The position numbers and the translations under genes are program-made. The notes under the pieces are model-generated. The model was not told the origin of the DNA. It did no database searches and worked only from the letters and a program-made list of their open reading frames with translations. 49,853 nt of DNA from Blastocystis sp. subtype 4 (lineage: Eukaryota), in assembly GCF_000743755.1 (NCBI RefSeq), contig NW_014569544.1, positions 62,001 to 111,853 on the forward strand. The letters run 5' to 3'. Of the stretch, positions 26,859 to 37,389 are shown one piece after another (within the stretch, counting starts at the first letter, position 1; each line of letters begins with the position of its first letter).

Positions 26859-29062
26859 ATGTTACAACGAACATTCATCGCTGAATCGCCTCAAGGAAGG
26901 TACAAGAAGGTCATCTTTTATGTAGGATCTTGATTTGTAGTGGAACGAATGTCTTGGCTCAGGCTCATTCAAGAAAGTGTAAGGCCTCACAGGACATTAT
27001 TGATAAAATAGGTATCGGGGATGGGATACAGTGAAAGGAAAGGATGTAGCTTGGAATGAGATTTATGTTTCTGAGTTGTCTGAAAAAGAGAAGGATCGGT
27101 TTTCTAGCGAAGTAGAATTACTTAGGTCCATCGAAGATGATCATTTCATCAAGTACTATTCGTCATGGTACGATCCGAAAGAAGAGAAGGTAGTTATTAT
27201 TACTCAGATTGTAACAAGTGGTACTTTAAACAAGTAGGATTAAGCACGAAGTATAACCTGTAGTTACGTAAAAGGAAAGCAACTCACAATGGAGGCGATT
27301 AAGCGGTGGTCGATTCAGATCCTTGAAGGCTTGAAGTACCTCCATACTCGTACACCTCCAATCATCCATCGTGATCTGAAGTGTTCGAATATCTTCATTG
27401 ATGGTAAAACATCGAAGATTATGATCGGTGATTTGGGTTTATCCAAACGACGTTGGGAAGGTGCTCAAATGTCGATAGCAGGTACTCCAGAGTTTATGGC
27501 TCCTGAAATATTTGCAAATGGAGTCTATGATGAGAAAGTCGATATCTATGCTTTTGGAATGTGCGTTTTGGAGTTAATCACCAAGAAGATTCCCTATGGT
27601 GAGTGTCATTCAATCAAAGAGATATATACCAAAGTTACAAACGTAGGGATGGTGTTTAGTAAGAAGAATAGGGAGATCTACCAGACTGCTTCGAAGATGT
27701 GAAGGATGAGCGAGCGAAGACGTTTATTCGAAAGCTAATAGCTCAAGGACCATCACGACCCTCTGCTAGTGAATTGTTAGAAGATCCTTTTCTGACCGAG
27801 GTAACAGAGTCCGATAAGCAAGGAATTGAAGTTGATCAAACAATCATGGTACAATTGTAAGTGAGATATGAATTGAAGGAACGAGAAAGATTGGAGAAAC
27901 AGGGAATCCCAACAGCTCTGAGTTCGATTCCTGTCAAAGATGAATTTTCTCCTCCTTCTACGGCTCCGGCAATTCCTGATAAAACACCAGAACCTATTGT
28001 ACCGGCTCCTTCTACATGTCTTCCATCTAATACGGTTGATCCAAAATCCGAAGAAAAGGAGAAGGAGATTCCTGCTTCTTCTCCTCCAATAAAAGCAGAG
28101 TCCGAATCAAAGTCTGAGAATGGCCCCCACACAGCTCCTACTATTGAAATCAGCTCCCTTCAAGAGCCAACAGCTCCCACTCAATTGTCATTGCCATCTC
28201 CAACAATCCAGCGTTCTTCCAGTCTTACACTCTCTCATCCAGGAATGAAGAACAGTCATCCCTCAGCCATCCACCAACAACGAGTGATCCATCACAAGAC
28301 GTTATCGTCTTCAAGTTACCGTCATGGGAATGGCAGTGGTACGTTGAGTCCCTCACTGATGATCGCCAACATCCAGAGCCCTTCTCGAAGTCACATTCAT
28401 GCTGTATCTCTGGAAAGTGTGGAGCGAGTGAGTAAGGTTGGATAAGGGGGATAATGACTAGGTCAAGATGTGGATGGGCAACTGACAGTTTCATCTGATC
28501 TTCCTACAGACAGTAATGACACCTCGACAAATGATTGTATGCCACAAGTAGTCCCTATTTTGATTATTGATGGTAGTTACAATTAGTATTTCGAGGGAAT
28601 GAGAGTTCATCTCCAAAGACTCCAGGAATGGAAGAAGATGAACAAAGTAGAACTTCAGAGCAATCACCAAAGGATTCAGATGAGGTATATCTTAGTAGAC
28701 GATATGAAGGATAGGAAGTGATTGACAGTATAAGTATTACTCTTTCAAAACAAGAAGAATTCGAGTTTACATTCAGAATTGTGTGTTATTATTGTGAGTG
28801 AATTGAAAAGAACTCACAGATAGATAAAGGAGGCGATCACACAACAAAGTCAACATGGACTCAATTAGTTCGTTATACTTATGGAGTCTCAAAACCAGAA
28901 AACTTAGTTAGTGATCTGATTAGTAATGGAATTATACGAGAAGGATCATTACTTCCTATTGCTGTTGCTTTTGAGGGATGGTTAAATGAAGTGATATACA
29001 ATGTGAAGATGGATGAATTAGAAGTGAATTCAGATGAATTGGAGGTGGTAGAAAAAGAATGA
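26859..29062 (+). CDS. WNK-family Ser/Thr kinase with low-complexity Pro/Ser-rich C-terminus
   Basis: ESPQGRYKK, LGSGSFKKVY (Lys in subdomain I), VAWNEI, TPPIIHRDLKCSNIFI, IGDLGL, GTPEFMAPE. The 3' exons are inferred. Confidence 0.88.
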
Positions 29063-29106
29063 AAGTGTTTGTTGTGAAGAAACAAAATGAAAACCTATAA
29101 AAGAAA

Positions 29107-30829
29107 CTAGAGATCGATAGGAGCCAACGGTTTCCATTTCGCATATGCTAAAGTACCTTTAACAGGATGAATATAAGGACAGTAAGCGCGATTCCAGAAA
29201 ATATCTTCAATTGTAAGTCTCTTGGATCGTTGTTTATCCAGATATCCTTCCAATCCTAAATGAAGGGCAGGTACTAATAGATAAAACTTAGGATGCATTC
29301 TTACCTCGATGAGTAGAATCAATCAAATATCCCTTTTGTCGTCCCATCATAGAAATCAAATAATTGTCAACTTTAGCACGACCAATCACAACATCTTTGA
29401 TAGTTGCAAAGTTGAAGTATTTGGAGAATATAAAGTAATCCTACAAACTGAATTCAAACGATACAAACAACAGCACTGTCTTGATTACGAATCTGCGTCA
29501 CATAACCAAAACACTTCTTCATATATCGCTTAAATGTTGTCAAGTCTTTGTTATTCATCAACGTGAAACAACGAGTGTCATATACCCGTCCTGAAATCTC
29601 CACCTAAATGACATATCTTCTTCATACCTACCACTCGAGGAATGGACTTTGACTCCATTTTCTTCTTCACCTGACGTAGGAGAGAAAAGATAGAGGGAGA
29701 GACAATGATGTCACTATTGATGTATCCATAAAACTGACTATGATAGAGATGGAAGGATTGAAGATATAAATCACGCACATAGGGCATATTGAAAGGGTTC
29801 TGTTGGTAATTCCGAATTACTGTTACATTCAGCTTCATAGCAAGTTCAGTGATTCTATGTGAGCGAGTAAACAGAACTGCTTTGAAATTAAAGTTGCGTT
29901 GAAACAGATCGAACATCAGTAATTGATTCCTCACTTGATATGGGATTGTCTTCTAGAAATCACAATTGAATAGAGTGTCACACTTCCTTGGACTCTACAG
30001 AGGAACACAATACAAGATCAAGTTCATCTTGATTCTTGTAGTTCGGAGCAAATGGATATTTCGGAATCTCTTCTTCCTTATGATTGAACACGATCATTGA
30101 TTTCTTGGAGTTCTTCGAGCCTCCACTTCGGTCCAAAATCTTACGTGTTCCTTTGCGGATGAAAGGATCTGATTCTATCTCCTTATTTGGGAGATTTTTA
30201 ACGTCTTTTGAATCACGAAACGGATCTTCGGTGATTCTGTTAGGAATATCAGTGGATTCTGATACATCCTCAGCTGCTTCTGTCTCAGCATAGAGTACCT
30301 CCTCCTGGGAAGGTTTCTCGATAGTCATCGTTGGTTCCTCTGAATCATCTTCAGGAATCACAGAAGAACTATCACGAACGATAGGAGTTGGAGTTGCAAA
30401 AGTGTCAACTTTTTGTGTGCTGCTGACACTAGCACTTGAAATACGAGTTGGCTCTTCATCAATTACACTATTCGTTGGGAAGAGAGAAGAAACAACTGTC
30501 CAAGTATTTGGACGAGGAGTAGTAGTATTAAATAATGTCGGACTTACTGTTAACACATCAAGAAAAACAGTGGAAGAACGAAATGATTGAGAGGATTCAA
30601 ACACTGAAGGAGTTGTCAGTAGCTCAACAAAAGGAGCCATAGTCACTCCCTCAACTGGAGAGTGTTGATTCTTCTGGAAAACCACATGAAACGATGCAGA
30701 AAGCTCATTAAAATGATTAATATTCACCTATACCGATAAAAAAACATGCAATATAAATACAAAGAAAACACATAAATAGATGTAGGAAATGGATATTAGT
30801 ATCGCCAGACAAAGCGGTACTACATTCAT
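29107..30829 (-). CDS. Type II membrane protein with Ser/Thr-rich stalk and possible glycosyltransferase-like domain
   Basis: N-terminal hydrophobic anchor MNVVPLCLAILISISYIY, S/T/P-rich stem, then NPFNMPYV and FYGYINSDII. Function is inferred only. Confidence 0.5.
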
Positions 30830-30995
30830 ATTCTTTTTGGATCGAAATGAATGTAATACCGAACCAATCTTTTCTTTTAAAAGAAGTCTAGAACAACAAT
30901 TTGTCAATTCTTTTATTGACATAAGATAACAAATAAGAGCCCATTTGAGTGTCTATCCAAAACACATATAATGATTTCACCGGATTCCAATTGAA

Positions 30996-32837
30996 ATGCC
31001 TGCAAGAATGGAACTTTATGTTAGAATTACTTCATGGCATCAACAATTCGTAGTCGGTTCTCGTAGATTTTTGGAGTATCATTATTACATCTAGGAAAGG
31101 AAGCGAATCAAATGACTTTACGGTTGTCGACAGTAATGCTTCCATAGACAATCAACAGCTGTTTACTCTAGACAATAGAGTGTGAAATAATGATTGGAAT
31201 GACAGGATAGATAATTCAGCGAATTCGTGATCAACGTGTAGAACAAGAAATTAGTAAACAGTATTAATCAGGTGAGTAGACTTACTCCAAAGAGAAGCTG
31301 CATTTGTTACTCTTGAGGACCATAAAGTGTGGATTGGAACCTGGAATGTGAATGGACAATTATTAAGGGAAGATGTGGTAAAATGGATTCGAAACACGTC
31401 AGAATTGAGTACCGATATGTATGTGCTAGGATTGGAAGAGATGGTTCCTCTGAATCTATGGACCATTCTCTTTGAACGTGGAGTAGAATCAAAACGGGAA
31501 GAATGGATCCAAGTGGTTTTGGAAGTACTTCATGACATTCACCAGATTCCATTTATCTGTCTTTCGTCAGTATCGATGGTTGGGCTATTCTTAGCTATAT
31601 TTGTTCCGTTATCAAAGAGATCCCATTATTCTTCCATATCTACTGGGAAGGTGGCTACAGGAATGATTGGACTCACAGGCAATAAGGGAGCTGTTTCAAT
31701 TCGTCTCCAGATCCATAACAGTCCAATCATCTTCATTTGCTCTCACTTAACACCACACCCATGGTATATTATGGAAAGAAATCATGATTTCCATAAGTTT
31801 GCATAGATAATTGAAGTAATGTATAGAATTTGGGAGGAAATGTTCTATGAAGATCAACCCCTTTCTCCAACAGATTGTGTTATTTGGGTAGGGTTTCAAT
31901 CAATTTCTAATACTAGATGGGTGATTTGAATTATCGTCTTGATTCATCCTTATCAACAGAAGCACTCTTTAAGAACGCACGTTCCAATTATTCACATCTT
32001 ATTCAATTTGATCAACTCCATTTGGTTCAACAACAGCATCTTGCCTTTACTGGATTTATAGAGTCTCCAATAACATTTCCTCCAACTTATAAATATGCGA
32101 AAGGAAGCAATGAATATGATTCTCGTTCTCGAAGAGGGATTCGAGAACCAGCATGGTGTGATCGAGTATTGTTTACATCCCAGTTGTCTGGAGAAGGAAA
32201 ACCACTGATTCAGAGTGAGAGATATGATTCATTTCAAGAGGCAAATTCATCTGATCACAAGCCAGTATTCTCAATCCTAACAGTCAGTTCAAAACATATC
32301 AATGAGAGAACTCGAGAAATGTTAGCTACAAAGGAGAAAACACGTCTCCTTCAATTGGATCAAGGAACTCCTACTGTAAGTCTATCCAATCATATTCTGG
32401 ATTTTGGTGATGTGACTACAAAGCAGAGAGTTTGTAAACAAATGTCGATAGTCAATACTTCAAAGAACAATGCATATTTGACCTTCCTCCCTCAGGAGAC
32501 AGGTGTGTGCAAAGAATGGTTTTCAGTAAATCCGACAGAATTCATGTTGCTTCCACAAGAAGAGAAGATTATAGACATTGAAGTATGTGTTTTACCAAAA
32601 CATATCAGAGTAGAAGAATGACTGAATGGTAATAATAAGATGATTCGCAAAGGATATGATGTTATCAGTGATGTTCTGTATCTACAAGTGTCTGGAGTTG
32701 ATATTTACCCCATCTTCCTAAACGTAAATCTCAGTTCCAAAAACATTCATATCTCATCCAAGATCTCTCATCGTCTTCTCCTAGTTGGTTGTCTTGTATG
32801 CGCATTGCTTCTGGATACCTACCAACGATATTCATAA
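30996..32837 (+). CDS. Inositol polyphosphate 5-phosphatase, OCRL/INPP5B-like, with ASH domain
   Basis: GTWNVNG, YVLGLEE, GNKGAVSIR, FICSHL, WMGDLNYR, FPPTYKY, PAWCDRVL, SSDHKPV, then the ASH-like LDFGDV..SIVNTS..WFSVNP. Start approximate. Confidence 0.9.
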
Positions 32838-32874
32838 ACACATGTTTTCAACAAACATCACTCTAAGAGACTAA

Positions 32875-34521
32875 CTAGACACCACGCAATCGTTTTCCAA
32901 AGATAGAAACTCTCTTCGAGCCCCTAGATACAAAAGAACTTGGATGATAAATATGAAAGATATCGAGCACAACAAGATTCTTCGTCACAATAAGATACTT
33001 TGACAAGTATGAGAGAAGAAGTCCTAAACACACTGAACCAACTACTGATACTGTTCGAAATGGAAGCCAGTAAGGATATGGAATGAAACTGGGAACAGAC
33101 AGAAGTTCTTCACCAGCACCCAATCGAAGAATTATACCCGCTAGAAACATAACAATTGAACCATATGTATTTATATACTCTGAACAATAAACGCAAAGAA
33201 AGAGTTGAGGGAAAATTAGGACATAGGTGAAATCAACTACACATATCCAATAACTATATGGATTCTCCATAGAAAGAGCCAATAGAAAACAAATAACCCC
33301 AATAAGAACCATGAATAAACGCCAGATGCCAATCACTTCTGGATCACGTGCTTGAGGTCTTATTACTGCTTTATACATGTTAACAGAAAAAGCAGCTGCA
33401 GAAGAGAAGATCATACCTGTAACTGAACTAAGAATGGCTGCTGTGATTCCTAGAATACTCAGAACACTCACAGGCTCAGGAATCAGATACTTCAGAGCGA
33501 TACTCAGAACATCACGCTCATTCCCATGAATGGAACCAATTTCGTCAAATGTCGCCCAGTCTACAGTCGATGCACATATGGCTATGAAACAAGCAATTAT
33601 ACCACACAATAGCACTCCAGCTCCAGAATACACTGACATTGCAAATGCTGTTTCAACAGTCTTGGAAGAGAGAACTACTTGATAATAAACTTGGTGAGAG
33701 GTTCCTCCGAGACAAAACATGAGTGCTTGATCAATCCAGTCGCTCCAAGTTGTGGATGCTATGGAACCTAACCAATTGTCTGTGGAATTAGCAAGAGGTC
33801 CAACATATTGACTGGTACAAATATAGAACAGTGCAATGAGAAGACAAATCCCCATTACAATCATTTCAATAACTCCTGTGTATTTGATAGCAAGCATTCC
33901 TCGTGTCAATGCTATGGTGAGAGATACAACTACGATTAAAAGAATAGACCACGATGGATCGAGGCCAATGAGAATAGAAAAGGCATGACCTAAGGTCGAT
34001 AGGGAGACAGCAATCCAAACAAGATCTCCTATCAGTGATGGGATGTACAGAAAAGCGGCCATCCAACTTCCTAAGGTCTCTGCAAAAGCATCAAAGAGAG
34101 TCAAATATCCCTTGCTCCGGAAATTATCAGAAAAGAGATATGCAGTTAAGATAAAGCTAATGAAATAAGTCCACGGGCCTTGAGTCCATAGTAGACCTCG
34201 ATCTGAAGACACAACGCTTTCTCCCGAGCAAAAAAGATACCCGCCGCCTAACCATAGACTTGTCATTGTCATAGATGCTTCGATCCCATTCAAACTACGA
34301 TTTGCTAATCCATATGCATCTACTGTTTTCATTCGCCCTTTCCTACAGCTCCATAAGCATACAAGAATGAGCAGTAGAGAAAACAGGATAACGATGGAAA
34401 AGCCATCTGCGTTAAACGACACATTGGATTCTTCCAAAGGCAAGGCTATAGAGTCTTTTAGTGGATGACTGGGAATGGATACCAGGGAACCAGTGTCCAT
34501 TCCAACAAAAAATACCATCAT
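32875..34521 (-). CDS. Sodium:solute symporter (SSS/SLC5), high-affinity choline transporter-like; intronless
   Basis: Multi-pass hydrophobic ORF with ANRSL, WLGGGYL, GLLWTQGP, RSKGYLTLFD, YYQVVLSSKT, AAILSS. True start probably near 34521-34500. Confidence 0.85.
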   Translation of the reverse strand: MMVFFVGMDTGSLVSIPSHPLKDSIALPLEESNVSFNADGFSIVILFSLLLILVCLWSCRKGRMKTVDAYGLANRSLNGIEASMTMTSLWLGGGYLFCSGESVVSSDRGLLWTQGPWTYFISFILTAYLFSDNFRSKGYLTLFDAFAETLGSWMAAFLYIPSLIGDLVWIAVSLSTLGHAFSILIGLDPSWSILLIVVVSLTIALTRGMLAIKYTGVIEMIVMGICLLIALFYICTSQYVGPLANSTDNWLGSIASTTWSDWIDQALMFCLGGTSHQVYYQVVLSSKTVETAFAMSVYSGAGVLLCGIIACFIAICASTVDWATFDEIGSIHGNERDVLSIALKYLIPEPVSVLSILGITAAILSSVTGMIFSSAAAFSVNMYKAVIRPQARDPEVIGIWRLFMVLIGVICFLLALSMENPYSYWICVVDFTYVLIFPQLFLCVYCSEYINTYGSIVMFLAGIILRLGAGEELLSVPSFIPYPYWLPFRTVSVVGSVCLGLLLSYLSKYLIVTKNLVVLDIFHIYHPSSFVSRGSKRVSIFGKRLRGV

Positions 34522-34567
34522 GAACTTGCCACGGGAATAAGAACAAACAACTAAGTAAACAGAACTT

Positions 34568-35368
34568 TTAAACAGGATTGTTAAGAAGGGGATCCTTCTT
34601 TCCACAATGCTTTCTGCATATCATGCAGATAATGGCCCAGATAACACAGACAATAAAGGTACCAAAGATCATCTGGAACCAGGGATTCAGGAAGATGTTA
34701 AACCCTCGGAAGCGGAATGAGTTCTCCTTCAGTGTCAATGTAGCCTACATATTCAAAAACACACATTAAGGTGAACCTCCAAGAAATCGTCATCTAACTC
34801 CTGGAGATAGAAGAGGAGATCGCCCTCAGCACACAGAGACTTAATCAGATTGACAACTGTGTTACGGTAAACGAAGTCAATACGCTGGTGAATTGTAATA
34901 ATAACACTCTCAGCATCCTTTGGACCCTCATACTTTACATCAATAACAAGAACATCAGCTTCCTTCACAACATACTCATAAGTAAGATTAAAGAGAGCGG
35001 TGTCAACTAAGTACTTATGCTTTGGAGTAAAGGTATGGTTGAAGTTGGTGAACTATACTTAGAAACGAATCACACTCATACTTCAATTTCGTATTCCATC
35101 ATATTGGATCCATAGGGAGGATTTATCAACTTCTTCTTGGGAGTACATATATCGGCAACATCGATCCAGATTGGTGTCTGCGATGTCGAACAGAATTTCG
35201 CTACATAACCCCACTCGTTTGACTCGCAGTCAATATAGGCCATTTCACCTGCAGGAGTTTCCGGAAAACCTTTTTCTGCAGCACACTTCTGGGAAGCAAC
35301 CACTATGTATGAATCAACTAGAAATCCTAATTACGGGCTATCAGGAGAAAAACAACTGTAACCTTCAT
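34568..35368 (-). CDS. Type I membrane protein with Cys-rich HRM-like extracellular module
   Basis: Signal MKVTVVFLLIA; CAAEKGFPETPAGEMAYIDC..GYVAKFC..WIDVADIC; C-terminal TM (FQMIFGTFIVCVIWAIICMIC) followed by RK; TAA at 34568-34570. Confidence 0.65.
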
Positions 35369-35730
35369 AATATTCTGAATGGTATGGAAGGGAGACAATG
35401 GGAGTTTCAACAGTGGAATACTAATTCTTATTGGACATTTTGTTTTCTTCTTCTCTTGTCTAGGAGGAGTAGAATAGCATGCTAAAGCAGATTAGATGGT
35501 TTGTATCGAAAATGATGTGAATCCTCCAAAAGACTACAGTAGGAAGCATGATGATAACAAATCGATATAAGAACAATACAAACCGAAAAGGGCATGTATA
35601 TCGAGAGAAAGATAACAAAATTGATGGTAGTAAATAATCCCTAACAAAGCAGAAGTAAAAAGGGAAATAGGGACATATAATAATCGAAAACGATTTGGGG
35701 GCTTCTTCACTTTTCAGTGCAGATAGATAC

Positions 35731-36495
35731 ATGAATCATTTTGAAGGAAACGAAAACGAAGTGTCTACAGGAATAGGAAGTTTTGAGTTGTTGTCATCTG
35801 TAGACAACCATCATGGCAATTCGCCTCAAGGACTGTGTAGTTATGGGAGCCGATTCCCGCTCGTCTGCTGGTTTGTATCTTTTACAATGAATTAATTCAT
35901 TAGGTGTTTACGTAGCCAATCGCGTTACAGACAAAATTGAACAAATTGATGATCGTATTTTCATGTGCCGATCAGGTTCTGCTGCTGATACACAGAAGAT
36001 TGGACGTCTGATCCGTTCTCAACTGGAGCAGTTCAGGTATTGTATTCTATAGTCTTATTTCTTTTAGAACAATGTATGGGTACGAACCCATTGTTCGAAA
36101 TGCTGCCACTCTTGCTCACACTATCATCTATAAATACAAAGACCAACTTCAGGCGGGAATCATTGTAGCTGGAGTCGATGACGTTGATGGTGCTTCAATA
36201 TATGAAGTGACTCTTGGAGGCAGTATGTTGAAGCAGGATGTGTGTCTTGGTGGTTCCGGGTCCACATACATCTATGGCTATGTTGATAGTAACTATAATC
36301 CTAATATGACTCCCGAAGAGGGAGAAGAATTTGTACGAAGAGGTACCGATTTGTAGATGATATGACTATGTAGCAATCCAACTGGCTATTTCTCGTGACG
36401 GGCATTCAGGGGGTGTCGTGCGAACTGCTATTATCAGAAAGGAGGGTGTTACACGTAAAGTTCTCACAGAAAAAGACTTCTTATATGCAAATTGA
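35731..36495 (+). CDS. PSMB6: 20S proteasome subunit beta1
   Basis: [60 protein letters not shown]. Confidence 0.95.
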
Positions 36496-37389
36496 GACCC
36501 ATTGTTTGTGGATATCACATTTTCTCGTATCATTTCCGGTAGTTATCAGAGAAAGAATTCTTAGGTATTTCGAAATTACTGGGATGCAGAGACTGTTGCC
36601 ACTGGCAAGTAATGGAAAGGACAAAAACTGAAATAGAATCCAACATATTCTCACATTTGTCCCATACTTCATGGGTTAAGGAAGAGTACATTTCAACGGT
36701 ATAACGACTGTTAGCGATTCATCTAACATGTATCTGATTAAGCATTGTGATGACATCAACAACAGTACTGAGGATCGATCCAAATAATGTTTTTTCTAAG
36801 TTAGTATATTCCAAAAACAAATGTCCACGAGAGAAAGTGGGTTTCTGAACAACACAAAAGTCATGGTTCTAATGAATGATGAGTCACTGTCTAATGTGTA
36901 GCATGGAGTATCTTATCCTTATAACGATTGTCGTATTTACTCGTCATACCACGTAATCAGATTGTTGTGATTGACTACAATATGATTTCAATCCAATATG
37001 AACAATACTATTCGCTAGAAACAAAGAGGTTCGTAGAAAGACACCCTTCAATTGTCAAGCCATTGAATAGAGACCATCAGATGAAAGGTAAGACTGTTTT
37101 ACTAGTAGGACAACTATAGCACGTGAGAAGAAACGAGCTGGTGACTATATAGTCAAGGTGCTAACAGTACCAACGATGTTTATTCCTGCAACAAACTACT
37201 GGAGGTCAGAATACCTCAAAAAGATAGTTGCACTAGAATAGGGAAAGGGGTTACGGTCAACAGTTACACCTATTGTCAATTATCCAATCAATATCAAGTG
37301 GCGTTATACTACTATTCCCGCGAAAGAACCATCTAGGGGCCCAATCTTACCTAAAACGGACATCTTTTTGTCAGAATAATTAATTGCCA

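Noticed and set aside
35495..35560. snR30/U17-like motifs (AAACCAT, TTCCTA) on the minus strand
   Set aside because: No ACA box at the expected distance and the m1 motif matches poorly.
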